DNA of 64,000 bases, from positions 19,840,001 to 19,904,000 of the forward strand of contig CM022670.1 of NCBI GenBank assembly GCA_012295275.1, in the 5' to 3' direction. How positions within the stretch are numbered: the stretch's first letter is position 1; every line of letters begins with the position of its first letter. The position numbers were made by a program, and so were the translations under genes. This stretch comes from Chrysomallon squamiferum. Taxonomy: Eukaryota; Animalia; Mollusca. The notes below the pieces were generated by a model that did not search any database, was not told the origin of the DNA, and saw nothing but the letters and a program-made list of their open reading frames with translations. Shown here piece after piece: positions 40,041-53,820 of the stretch.

Positions 40041-40309
40041 TATTTATGTAAGTATGTATGTATTTTTATATTTATTTATTTATGTATTTATGTATTTATG
40101 TATTTATGTATTTATTTATGTATTTATTTATTATTTCAGTTTAAGTTTTTTGAAGAAGAATTACTTCACTTGTTTGTGTTTTTTAGACTCCTGGCCGGCT
40201 GAGTAAGAATGTCACCACAGATGATATTTCTCTTCACCAAGAGTACATCATTTTTGACTACATGCAAGTTAAACCAATCTGCCTTATCTGTTACCAGCCT
40301 ACAACTTGA
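32267..40309 (+). CDS. Uncharacterised GNAT (GCN5-like) acetyltransferase + coiled coil + PARP-like catalytic domain fusion protein, 17 coding exons, ~700 aa
   Basis: Exons: 32267-32518, 32894-33029, 33341(or 33385)-33556, 33906-34058, 34419-34506, 34883-35007, 35369-35427, 35702-35774, 36171-36255, 36502-36577, 36896-36982, 37635-37781, 37934-38103, 38498-38648, 39144-39217, 39544-39648, 40187-40309. Phases join into one frame, except that exon 3 needs the downstream acceptor or one extra A, and intron 5 is GC-AG. GNAT motifs: ISVRQKFRNYGIGRYLL, VHADNSAVNFFAKYGFS, NCTLMCY. PARP motifs: LYYCGS...ILKFGF, YGRGLYFSKYPSTAAQF, LLVVEVGLG, GFDSII, QEYIIFDYMQVKPICLICY. Confidence 0.85.
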
Positions 40310-40784
40310 ACACTTCCCATCTCATCAATATTCATTGTTTCCAACAACAAAAAAACAACATTTCACAATATTCTGATGTTATAATCCTTGAAATAAATCA
40401 AATAGCCAGGAGAAAAAAAAGTAAAATTTTAGGAAATATTATGGCCATAGGATTTCCTACGGCAGTTTTACTATTAATATTTCCAGAACTGCAGCAATTT
40501 ATTGGTTAATGTTTGTTGCTGTAACAATTGAAGTTGTATTACATATGCATTATATTTGCAAGAAAACTGCACAATAAATATGATAAATTGTCTGATATAT
40601 TTTATTACATATTGTATCTTTTAGTATTGTATGTGCTTGCTATACTATTTCAGACCTACATAGCATGTTATTCGTAGTACATTCCAACCAATAAAATTAT
40701 TTAAAATGCTAATGTAAAAATTAAATTTTGGGTTAGAAGATGTTATATGTTGAAGGATAAGCATGCTAAAATGAAAAGAAAAAA

Positions 40785-40825
<41 letters not shown>

Positions 40826-41127
40826 TATCTTCATGAGTAGGATGAGTGAGACCCAAATCTGAAGTGTTTCGCAAAGTTGATTTATTTATTTATTTATTAT
40901 TAATATAATTAATTTAATATTTAGAAGGTAAATGAATTCTTTTATGTAATATTACCTCAATGTATTTTAAAAATGAAATTGTGTCATGTTGTGAGAGAGG
41001 AATATCATTAAAACATGTTCATGGGCTACTCTGACCAATTATTAGAAACATGCTTTGTACCAAAAACAGAAAAGGACATCCATGTATTTGTTAGTTACAG
41101 GGAATTACTAGAAACAAAAATTATTAA

Positions 41128-41167
<40 letters not shown>

Positions 41168-42457
41168 TGTTTTTGTATTATGAATAAATAAAGCATTAAT
41201 CTCTTCAAAATTATAGATCCAAACAGTACAAAATGTTTTGAAAATTTTTGTTCAGCATAATTTGTTATACAAAATTCATTAGTAAAAATGTATATATTGT
41301 GATCATAACATAATTTTTTTCTGCTCAAACCAATACAGCATTATTTAGATAGATTAATACATTTATAACTTTTATTATTTATACTGCTATGCAATTGATG
41401 TATGTGGATAAACTTGCCATATTCACTTTTGTGATAACAGTATTTTTAACTGCCAGAATTCTTATTTTTCTATGTTATTTTGTGATGTAATTCAAAATAG
41501 ACTTAAATCAGTTTAAAAACCAAACACTGAAAAGAAATGCATTCACATATATCTTTATATGTGCATGTCTAAATACACACTCTCATAGAAAAACACAAAA
41601 GCATACCCACATAGAAATAATTTTGAGTGTGTGCATGTGCACGTGTGCATACGCATTATTACATATTCAGTAAATGTAAAACCTTTCCTGCTCACTTTTT
41701 TCTCTCTATCACTTTTCTATATATTAATAGGTATTCAGTTTATGTTAAACAATTATTTTATTTTATTTATTTATATGTTTTTGAATTGTACTAATTATTG
41801 TTATTACTTTTTAAAATATCATTTAAATGTTTTGTACATCAAATATATTTTTAAGAGTATAATTATACATTCTTCCGTCCATACATCCAGTTGTGTTATT
41901 TCATTAATGGATACTGTAATGTAGTACATAAAACTAGTTATACATTTATTATTAGTTATAAAATTATAGTCACCATTTAAATCTTTTATTACTTAGTTAC
42001 ATGATAATTTATATTTTAATTAACTTTGAATGTTCATAATACATGAATATTGTTTATAATGACCATTCTAACATACACAAACAATTGACCAATAAAATAA
42101 AGTTTTAATATTTTCCTGTTTTGTTGTTTCATTTATGTACAATATTAATAACAAAACATGACATCAAAATTTGTAATTTTTATTAAAATTATAATATGTA
42201 GTGTGTATGCTATGAGATGGTTGAATCAAAAATGGATGAATTAACTTAATTGTTTTTTATTTAATGAATTTTTAAATGATTAAATATATATATATATATA
42301 TAAATATTGATTTATTTATGTATTTATTTATTTTCAAGAGGGATAATTAATTATTGATGCAAAATTCCCAAAAGAAAGAGCCAAGAATACACTGATTTTC
42401 TGTTTCAAACAGTTCCGCCTTTATTTCTGACAAATATGCATGCAGTACCAGTCGACT

Positions 42458-42472
42458 GTTGTCCGTGACAAT
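42458..42472 (+). promoter_or_regulatory. RFX X-box-like imperfect palindrome
   Basis: GTTGTC-CGT-GACAAT lies ~120 bp upstream of the ATG at 42594. Confidence 0.4.
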
Positions 42473-42593
42473 TACAACGCCATTTACGTACTGATGTCAG
42501 TGCGATTAGTATTAAATACCAAATTTAAATATTGTTTTTGAAAGATATGTTGTTCTTATAAAATACCCATCACCAAAATTGATTCCTTTCAAC

Positions 42594-42809
42594 ATGGGAA
42601 GTGGCAGTAGCCGGGAACCTGTTGTAGGAGCACCTGCTAATCCAAGAGTAGTTTACGCAGACCAACTTTCGAAACGAGAAAAGAAAGTAATTAATCGTAA
42701 AATTATGTCGATTTTTTTTTTTACATATTAATATTTAGTGATATGATGTATTTAGCACACTTATGTCTTAAAATATTTGAACTAATTCAATTATCATCCA
42801 TCTATTAAA

Positions 42810-42863
<54 letters not shown>

Positions 42864-44937
42864 TATTATTATCTTACGTGAGATATACTGACTAGAAAAC
42901 CAAGATCATTTTACTTCTTACTATTAATTATACAAATCTTAAATTTAACATTCAGTGGAAATTTTAAATATGTACTTTGAAAGGATGTTTTTTTAAAGAT
43001 AATAATGATGTAAACAAAACCTGTACTATACAGTTAATCAATATGTAATAGCAGGATAGAAACTGATTAGTGTTTAGGATACTAATAATAAATATAACTT
43101 AGAAAATAAATTAATAGCTACAGTCTATGTTGTTGATGTTTTTGTTGTTGTTGTTGTTGTTTATATACATATATATATTTTTTTCTTTCTTGGTTTTGGG
43201 GGGTGTTTTTTTAAAGAATTTATTTTTTTATTGCTTGCAAACATTACAAACACATGCATATAAGCATTTACATATGCACACTTACAGACGTGTACATTCA
43301 TTTTTTCAATATATTTTTTAAACTTTGTTTCTTTGACTTTTAGAAAGTACTTTTGGATACTCCAGTTCTAATAGATATCCAACATGGATCTGTCAGATAC
43401 AGATACACAGAGTATGATGGAGAGCCACGGGACAAAACAAAAAGAATAGAGAAACCTTACGAAGGGAGACAAGCATGTAACAAGAAAAATTACTTCTACC
43501 ATCCAAGACTTAACTCTTATGGATCAGGTGGGTGAATTTTTAAACATTATTTTAAATATGAATTAAAATCTATATTTGTTAGGGGTATTTATTTATATTT
43601 TTATTATCTGGTTATTTATTGCATTTCTGTTAAATCAATTTTTTAAATTATTTATTTTATTTCCACTGGCATGTACTGTTGCTATTATTTTATTATCAAC
43701 ATATTTTATGATAATATGTTTCATTAATTTAATTCAGTACTTATTTTTTATTATTTAACCTACAAAAGCTGGAAGATATGAATATTTAACCACAGTTTTT
43801 ATCAACAATAAGTGATGAAAAGTGTAATGATATGGTGTCATTGTTTCTGTTTGTTTAAATACTTTCATATGTCTTTGTTTTGCCTGTTTCAGAAACTGAT
43901 TCAAAAATCCAGAGTGATTACAAGGTAATGCATGTAATAAAAGGACCTGACAGAGCAAAACAGAAGAAATTGTTCTATGTGTATGGGTATGGCTGGGATG
44001 CCAAAGATGGTTTGAGAGTAAAGCCAACACTCACAAAAGAAGAAGGAACAGATTTTTCCTGGCCACAACTTCGAATTCCTAATGACCTGTATTACAATTT
44101 GCATTTTCAAGGTAACATAAATATTAAACATTTGGCAGCAATAAAAAAAATAACTTTAAATTTTTTTTTTTTAAATAAAAACATTGTGAAAACATTTTTA
44201 TTATTCATTTTTAAATACACAAAAAATCATAGAATGATTCATAAAAATATGACCACTACAAAAGACTATGTCAGAATATTTTTCGTATTAACTAAAAAAT
44301 TATGAGTGTAAATATAAGTTGTATAGTAGATAATTTCAATGTAGAGTATTAATATTCAATTTAAGCAACCATATCTCAGTATTACACTGGCAGAATTATG
44401 TTAAGGATGTGGTATATGTATTACCCCATAAATTCTCAAAAATAAGACTCCTGCCTCAGTTACATATGTGGTTTCAGAGTATTATGATAAAGAGGAACCT
44501 TTACTGAAATATCACATTATCAGAAGCTTAAAAAAAAAGCTTTTCTTTTACTCTTTTATACAGTTGTCTTATGTTGACCAATCCTGTCTTAAATTAATTG
44601 CTGAAACATTCCTGTATTTACATTTAACACTGTCAGATAACAATTTTGTTTCTCATATTTTTAATTACTACTTTTATCTACTTTCAAAAATTATTATGTT
44701 TTATTGTGTGATATACTGTTTTATTTGACTTTGAAGATGATGAAAAAAATGAAGAGCTGCTTCAAGAAGAAAAGACATTTTCATCCAGTCAAGATAAAAT
44801 AAGGTAAAGCCTTATTTGTTGAAAACAAATCTAAAATATGAATTTTAAACCAAAATTTCACTGCAATTGGAAAAGGGGGTATCAGGTACAAAAAGGCTGT
44901 GAATATTTGTTTTAAATATTTAAGAAAATAGATACTG

Positions 44938-44990
<53 letters not shown>

Positions 44991-46694
44991 GACAATAACT
45001 CATAAATTATTAATGTTATTCCTTTCAGGTTAACCCTTTGTAACACAGAAAAAGTTTCTGATGTGAAGGCTAAACTGGCTGTTAAGGTTTTGAAGGCAGC
45101 ATACAACATACATGTGTGTTTCAACAAGCAAGAACTGAGGTGAGAATACACTAACATGCTTAATAGACTGACAGATTAACTAAAATATTTGTTTCTGATA
45201 TTCTGAAGTTATATATCACTGGATGTAAGAAATAATAGCATGAATGCAGTTTATATACTTAGAGGTTATTACTGGTGTTATTGTTATTATTAGATGTAGT
45301 AGCAGAAATAGTAGTAGTAGTAGTTGCTGTGGTTATAGTAGAAGTAATAGTAATACATCTGTAAACCTGCCATATCCCACAGACTATCAAATGAAAGTTT
45401 TAATTGTAATTATTTTCCCAAATTTAAAAACTATCTATAACAATTATTAAAGCATCATTATAATAACATTAATTAGATTGTATATGGTTTATGATTGTGT
45501 AATATGAAGACACATCTATGTGTATAAATTTGTATTTTTAGTGATATTTATGTTTAACAATTGGTTTTCTAAGCTCATGAAATTCCAGTAATAGTTTCAT
45601 ACAATCTCTATTTATAAAATAATATATAAAAGAAAAAATGCCTTCTATTGAGCTTATTTTATTATCATACTTCATTATTAGCTAAGATTAGTTGCAACAG
45701 AAACAATATATAAAATATATTAAAACTATTACTGTATACAATAAATAACTTTAATATATTTGTTCTTTTCCCAGGTAATAATAAAATTAAATTAAATCAC
45801 TTTTTATATTTAGTGTTACACTTATTTTTCAAAAATTCTCAGTGTTTTCACTTAAGTTGTCCAAATGAAACTGAAATGTTCATATTAACATCAGCCAGCA
45901 CATATCAGGGAAAACTCTTTAATTAATTCCCTAGTGGATTCGATACACATTAGGCATCTACACTTTAAACACCTTTCGTTTGTTTCCATTTTGTTATTCC
46001 ATTGTGTATAATTACTGGTTCAACAAACAGTAAATATTTTAGTTGATGTACTTGTAAATATAGATTACCAAAGTGTCATGTTGTTTTGAAAGCAAACGTT
46101 AGCTTCAGATTTCCTACACAGATAATAAACTCAAGGCACTTTTTGCTAAATACCTTGAAGGCAAAAGTTCTGGCTACATTTTATTTTTAAAAAGATCATT
46201 ATTTTTTAAGATTTAGAAAAAGAAAGGATAGAATAAAAAATTTGCCATTATAACTATTTATGAAGTATTTATATTCTATCTTTCACAGAAAGTGAAGTAA
46301 GCTAAATAAATTTCCATTTTTTATTATTACTGTTTGCAAAAACCAACAGCAGCTGCCAAAAAAAATATTAAATAGCTCTGAATCTTTGTAAATATTTTTT
46401 TTCTTTTATTTTCTTTCTTTTTTTTTTTTTTTTTTTAAGTCTTCCATTATGGCTACTTAGGAAACATTAATAATGTATCTTTGAATTAATTTTTGTTAAA
46501 TATTCTTTTTTTCTTCTCTTTCTTTAAAAAAAAAATTGATTTATACTGTCATTATTGTCTTTCATCTTCAGTTATGTTCCTTTTTAAAATTTTATTTTAA
46601 AAATTTTGATTTCAGAAATGATGATGTTATTGGTGAACTGCGATCTGATGACAAAGACACAGAGATATTTCCTGTGGAGATGAAGTTGATATGA
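42594..46694 (+). CDS. Uncharacterised protein, ~250 aa, with an N-myristoylation motif and a C-terminal ubiquitin-like domain, 6 coding exons
   Basis: Exons: 42594-42686, 43344-43527, 43893-44111, 44737-44803, 45029-45139, 46616-46694. All introns are GT-AG, phases are consistent, and the total is 753 nt. It starts MGSGSSRE. The C-terminus KIRLTLCNTEKVSDVKAKLAVKVLKAAYNIHVCFNKQELRNDDVIGEL...FPVEMKLI aligns by eye with ubiquitin ([24 protein letters not shown]...LIFAGKQLEDGRTLSDY). There is no terminal GG. Confidence 0.8.
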
Positions 46695-46844
46695 ACAAAA
46701 CATTTTTTTTCTTTCTCTCTCTCCTTCTTTCATGTTTTAACACTGATAATGGGTTTGTGTTGCTGTTATTTTTTAACTGAATAAAAACATGTCATAGAGA
46801 TTCATTACAAAATATTTCAATGATTTTGATCATGGCATTAATAT

Positions 46845-47190
46845 TGGTTTGAATGTTAATGATTACTATGTTGAAGATTATGATGATTTCCAATGCTGAT
46901 GGTTTCAAATGATAAACATTTGATGGTTTACATTACTGATAAATAGTTATATGAAGATTATGATCATTTATAATGTTGATAATTAAAAAAAAAAAAGATT
47001 GATTAACAATGCTAACGGTCAAAATGATGTAAATTTACATTCCTTATGGTTTGCAATGCTGAAGACTACAACAAAGATTATGATGATATACAGTGCTAAT
47101 GATTAAAATGATGAAGATTTTGATTATTAAAAAGATGAAGATATTAATGATTAAAATTATGATTTTGATGATTAATAATACTGATGTAAA
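46845..47190. repeat. Degenerate low-complexity minisatellite (GAT/AATGCTGA-rich) downstream of the UBL gene stop
   Basis: Repeated GAAGATTATGAT and AATGCTGA/AATGCTAA words. Confidence 0.5.
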
Positions 47191-49665
47191 TCTAAAATCT
47201 GTGAATTGAATCTGTAAAATAGAATCCTTGTGACATTTTATCAGTTTGATATTATTACATGCTCACTATCAAAATTATTTAGTTTATTCATTAACATTAA
47301 TTATAAACATAATTATTAAAATTATTACAATTATTAATTCTCTTTTTTCAGAAATTTAGAAATATTATGATATTAAATTTATTAACTTATACTAAGGAAC
47401 AATGCCATAATCTGAATCAGAGAACATCCATTCATCAAGTTTACTTGAAACCTGGAAAACAGAAACTGTTAAAAAACTGAAGTTACTAAATTGGGCTGCC
47501 ATTACAATGATGAAACTAAAAAAATGTCTCACATAAAAATATTTGACAAACTGCTTAAGGACTGTGACATTTCCAGATTTGACAATCCTGTAATATATTG
47601 TATAATTATGCTTATGTTTTCAAATGAAACAAACATATTACAGGATACAAGTAACAAAGTGTTGATTCAGTTTTATTATAGATATTGTAATCCTGTTTTA
47701 AAACTAAGTTGACCCTAAAATATTTTTATGCAACTTTATAATATATTTACAAAGTGGATGGATGCAATGCTGTTTAGTCAAAAGAAAAAATTAATAATTT
47801 AATTTTATTGTATTCTGTTTTCCATTTGTGTTAAAGTTAATATTTTGTATTTAAGTAGTTTAGAAAAGTTTGGATTTTATTTATTTAGTTATTTATTTAC
47901 TTTATTTCATTTATTTCTGTCATGTCACTTTCATATGTTAAAATGCAGTGAAACTGACTGAAATAAGAAATAACAGACATCTAGATCATTTCAAACAATT
48001 TAATTTTTGTATGACAATCACTGCACACAAACTATGGTTAGGCATTTATTTTCAGAACGCTGAGTAGTAAGGTATTATTTTTATAAAACAAATATTTACT
48101 TATACCCAGTGCATATGTGAAAAGACTATTAAAAAAACAAAACAACAACAAAAAAAAAAAAAAAAAAAAACAAAATAATAATTCATTCATAAAAATATTT
48201 TATAATCTGTTTCAGAAAGAAAGTAATTTAAAGTAACTAATATTTTATCTTATCACAAAATAATAATAATAAAAATAATATATATTTCAAAAACAATTTG
48301 AAAAAAAAAAAAAAAAAAAAAAAAAGATTGAAGAAAATGTCTGTTTTATCAATGTCTTTTCCACTGACATTAATGAAGAAATAAATCTGACAAGATACAC
48401 ACATCACCTTTCTTTGAAAATGTCTGACAGCAATTAGATTTACTGTCTGCTGCATAACACACGAGTTCAAAATATCTCATTTTCATTTCTTATATTCTTT
48501 TTTTTTTACTTTTTATTCTTTTCTTTTATTGTTTCTTATTTTATTATTGTTGTTATAATTATTATTATTTTAGTTATATTATTTTTTGTTTTATTAGTTG
48601 TTTTATTTTTTGTTTTATTATTATTTTTTGTTTATTTATTATTTTTTTATAATTATTATTAAATTTTTTATTATTATATATTATTATTTTTGTAGTGGTA
48701 TCTAAGGACAAAAGGTCATTTGAAAATCAGTATATGTGTAACAACAAATTTATTTTATCTGAGTGTAACAAAAATGTTTTTGTTTTATATTTTGCTTACT
48801 TTTTATAAAATGGATTTTGCTTATTTATATCTTTATAATGATTAGTATTCTGTTCATAGTTTTTTCTTTCTTTTGCTTAATTTGTCTTATTTATTATTAC
48901 AAATGATTATATATGCAGCAGGATCTGTATTTTAAAAAAATGTAAAAATGTATGTGATATATAGTGCCTGTGATTATGTAATATTTTATAAAGATAATTA
49001 TTTTATGATTTTTAAAAACTGTTGACAAGTTTTATTTTCTATATGGACTTGTTTTAAATTTTATGATATAAATTGATAAATATTATTATATAGTTAATAT
49101 ATTTTTTTAATTTATAAGTAATGCTTCAGCTAAAATACACACAGAACATGTGTTATGAAAGTAATGGAAAGCTCATTCAGAAAAGATATATAATTTTAAA
49201 AAAAAGGTTGAGCAAGGTATTGTAACACAAAAATACTGTACACACATATGCATGCACACATTAATTAAAAAAAAAAAAAAAAAAATTATTTGTAGTTATT
49301 AGTTTATAAACTAAAACTATTGATCATTCAAATATTTGAAATGGTTTTGAGTCCTGATAGTATTAAGGACCCATATTGTGAAATCCAAAGAGGTCACCAT
49401 ATTGATACTGACTTTTAGCATGAAAATCATTTTTCATTTTGGAATTAAATTATTTAATCTTGTTAATGGTATAAACAAGATAAAATAAATTCAAACTTTT
49501 AAAAGGGACCATATTGGCTTGAATTATTGTTATATCTTATTTCACTGACACTGTCACACACACACACAAAGGTCGGAAGTGCTACTGAAAAAAAACATTT
49601 AAAAAAAAAAATTAAAACAACCTGGCATAATTTACTTTATTTTAAAACAAGGGCGGAATCAGGAA

Positions 49666-49696
<31 letters not shown>

Positions 49697-52278
49697 GAAA
49701 AGAAAATAGAAAAGAAAGAAAAAAAGAAAAATAAAGGCGGGGTGTTGATGGGAAACCATTTTACTGCAAAATACGAAGAAACTTCTAGTTGTGCGCCAGA
49801 GTATCTTCATCAAGTATGTTTTCCGTTGTTTTTGCGTAATCAAAATGCTAACAAGAACTGACAAAGAAACTGTACGATCTACGTTAACAAATGTGTTTCT
49901 TTGCAGGCCCATATCATTAATTATGTGGGGTTCTTTTTTTGTTGTTTTTTGTTTTGTTTTTTTATTATACACTGTAAAACGATGACAAAAGGAGGAAATT
50001 ACGTCTTTTTCCCCCCCGTTTTTAGAGAGACACAAATGCGAAAACAGAATTACGTCAGTGCACTTTTTTCGCTCTTTCCGTTTCCTTATTTTCTTCAAGA
50101 AATTCATTTCCATCTGTTATTCTCAAGAAATTCCCAGCTGTAGAAATCAATGATAAAAATAAAGTAATTTTTTTTAAATCTTTGTTAATTAATGTCTGTA
50201 GGTGTAATTAGGCATTTCTGTTGGGTTAGTATAACCTGAAACCTAGTTATCAGCTGAGCATCTTTTTTGAGTTCGTTGCCACACGAAAAAAAAAAAAAAA
50301 AAAAAACAGCGTACATGTGCGTATGTGCGTACGTGCGAGTGCCTATAGCGATTTTTGTGGCCATATTTGATAGTGTGTGATACGAGACCGAGACCATGAT
50401 AACATCATACAGTCAGGAAAAAATAAGGCAAAATGAATTATACAAATACAAAATAAAATAAAAGTACATGGAAACATAGAAACAGCCTTATTACAATTAT
50501 ATGGGTTACATTTCATTTCTTTCTTTAAATTAGATTGAAGGATACATTAGCATAAAATTTACTTATAATTATAAAACAATATTTTTATACCTTGCTTCAA
50601 ATGGATTAAGGTTCCGATTATTTATAATAATACAATTAGTATGTATTTTATTTTTTGTTTTAGAAGATAATATGCTGTCGCAGTTTGCCTTAAATCTGAC
50701 AAAATAGAGTAATTGCTTTACTCGGAATTTACAAACTGGTTCTCACACTTTTCCGGAGTAAAAATTGTACATTCATATTATCAATGGCTTTCCATCTTGC
50801 AGATATCTCACACTCAATTAGCGACCACAACAGCGGATCTATGACAAAGGAGGCAGAGCAATAAACAGCTTAATTTAGTTCAATTGAGAGAGAACTGTAC
50901 GAGGATGATGTTAATCAGGTCATTGTTTTCTCCAGTTAAAGTTAAGGTTCGAAAAGTAAGCTGAAACATAATGACCTCAGAGACACCCAGAAAGAGTGGT
51001 GTGTGTGCTTGTGAATGAGTGTGTGTGATGCTTTCACATAAATAATTAATTGATTAGACTTCAACAGACATATGCACACTGATACGAACATAAGCATCAT
51101 AAAGTGCATGTGTTCATGAACCAAGACTTCATTCTTTAAAATCATAACTAAAATGTCTTTCCAGTAAGCTATGGTTTCTTATCTAATAATCTTCGTGATC
51201 TTATACGATAAAATTTGCATCTCACCCTAAAAAGATGATTTAGTCTTGTACTTCATTATGTGTCTGTCTATGGCTGATTTAACGTAGCTACACCAGTAAT
51301 ATTTTATACTTTATCTGTCTAGTACAGCATGGATCACATAACCAACCTATCTTTATGTTTCATTAAAGCACATTCATGTGTGTAATGTGCACAATAGAGC
51401 ATTCAAAGGACACTGATAACGAGCTAGTGCATCATTGTTACATTATTATCATTTAAATTGTGCAATATATTATGTTCCGTTGATCTGATAATGATTTCAA
51501 ATGTCAAAGGGCGTGTTTGCAATCAGTTGTATCACGGTACATGCATTATGTATGTATGTTTGTATGTATGTATGTACGTTCGTATATGTATATGTATATG
51601 TATATGTATGTATGTATCGTTCTATATATTTATTTATTTATGTTTGACTGTCAGTCAGTTTGTATGTCTTCTTATTTGTCTTGCTGCCTATAAGTCAGTT
51701 TATTTACTTAACACAACCGATTTAGTTTTTCTGTTTGTGTTTCTCTATGTTTATCTATCGTATGTTTTTATTACTACTGCTTCGTCATGCCTGCGATATT
51801 CATCTGTGTAATAAAATGCCACTACTCGACGACTCATTATCATCGAACCGCGTATTTTATAATTATAAAAAGTACTGCTCCTGTACAAATATTACTCTTT
51901 AGCACATGTTCAAAAGAACATACTCTTGAAGAGGTAATAAAAAGTCGCAAGGAAATCCGAATTGCAATTCTTTAGAATGGGTTAATTCAATGTCTTCTGT
52001 TAAAAAAAACCCAAAAAAAAATTATAATTAGCATCATAATTTCTAAGATATTTATTACTTATAGACGATATATCCAGGCAGTGATGCCTGTTTTTCAGTT
52101 AACATTAATGTTCTTTTAATTATTTTGTGTGAGGAACTGAAGGTGGATCAAAGATACTAAACAGAAGAAGCAAAATAAAAAGGTAATAAAATTTAAGTTA
52201 ATTAAGGTTCCTCGTTCCCTCGTTTACTCTTATTTTTGTTTCTTATAGATCGCAATGTGCAATGCTTTAAAGTGAGCT

Positions 52279-52280
<2 letters not shown>

Positions 52281-52363
<83 letters not shown>
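52281..52363. repeat. (TC)n microsatellite
   Basis: Perfect dinucleotide run. Another lies at ~53764-53815. Confidence 0.96.
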
Positions 52364-52366
<3 letters not shown>

Positions 52367-53761
52367 TCTATTATTATTATATATCTGTTGCGATTTAATG
52401 ATGATTTATTTATTTTCATTTTACATACTAATAAACAAATCAAATACCATGTAATTAAAAACATAGCAGAAAAATAAAACGTACTGATATGATGAAACTG
52501 CATCAGTGTACAAAATAAAAATGATAAATAGAGGCTAAATGTTACTGAATATATTATTTTATAACTTATTATTTTCTATTACGAATATATACTAACTGTA
52601 CAGATTTTATTTATTTATTTTATTTATTCAATCCCTACATTATTTCATAATACAAATCTGGTGAACGAAAACGATCAGACAGTAATCGAGTTAATGTATA
52701 GAAGATCGATTAATGTTGTCATTTACCAGTAATATTTCTCAGTAACATAAATGTCTTTTACATGATCAGTTTCTCTCTCGTAAACACAAGGTAATAATGT
52801 AAATTTAAATACAAACTGTTTTTGTGATTAATGTTTCATAAACTAATTATATCATAAGTTTGTTATGTGTGTCTACTTATATCAGTACAGAATAAGTTCA
52901 TTTTGTACGCTATTTCATACAGGTGAATGATCTACCAAGACAAATCTGTATTAATTTCTCCAGAGAGCGCACAGTTTCAGCGATACTTTCAGATATTTGC
53001 ATGTCATAATTACTTAAAATAAAAATGCTCATTTTGTAATTTTAATACAAAACCTCCCCATCCATATTTAGCATTCCCTTTCTGTGATATTTCCCGTTCA
53101 AGCCAGGGTTCTAATATCATTGTATGGACAGCTATGATTTGCTGTTCTTTCTATGAAAATTCTAACATATATACAAATATATATATTTAAAAAAAATATA
53201 TGTTTAAAAACAAAAAAAAAATGTTTCGTCATTTGACGAAAGCAGCCAAAATAGCAGTTTTGTTTTGGTTTGGTTTTTCACCTACATATTATGACACCAT
53301 AAAAAGAATATTTATATGTTCCATCATCTGGAGTGGTAATAATAAATAATAAAAATTTTGTTTTGAAAAGGTTAAAAAAGAAGAATATAAAACAACAAAA
53401 AAAAAAAAAAAAAAAAAAAAAAGAAAGAAAGAAAATTAAAACTTTGACCTTCATTTTGATAATGACTAGCATTAATAGTTCCTCAATCCGTATTTTCTTC
53501 TTCATTTAAATAACAAATTTCTTACTGACAAAAGAAATAATTACTGACGCTTTCACTTTAAATGTCACCATTATTAGCAGAATATTTCATCTGCATATCA
53601 TAAATATAATTTGATGTTCTTTTGTTCATTTGTTTTCATAAATTTAATACTCTATAATTTAACTGTGAATATCAATAGCATGAGTTACTTCTTTATTTTT
53701 TTATGTGTTTTTTCGATTCTCTTATCTCCTTTTTCATAATCTTTATTTTTACTTTTCACCA

Positions 53762-53820
<59 letters not shown>

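Noticed and set aside
45760-45785. Possible alternative terminal exon of the UBL gene (TTTTCCCAG|GTAA, immediate stop)
   Set aside because: It would truncate the ubiquitin fold, and there is no evidence beyond a plausible acceptor.
42594-46694. Calling the myristoylated UBL gene UBTD1/UBTD2
   Set aside because: The layout is similar, but the conserved UBTD segment ([25 protein letters not shown]) is absent. Only a short YEGRQ similarity exists.
53224-53241. Short inverted repeat TTTCGTCA-TT-TGACGAAA
   Set aside because: An 8-bp stem is expected by chance in 64 kb of AT-rich DNA.
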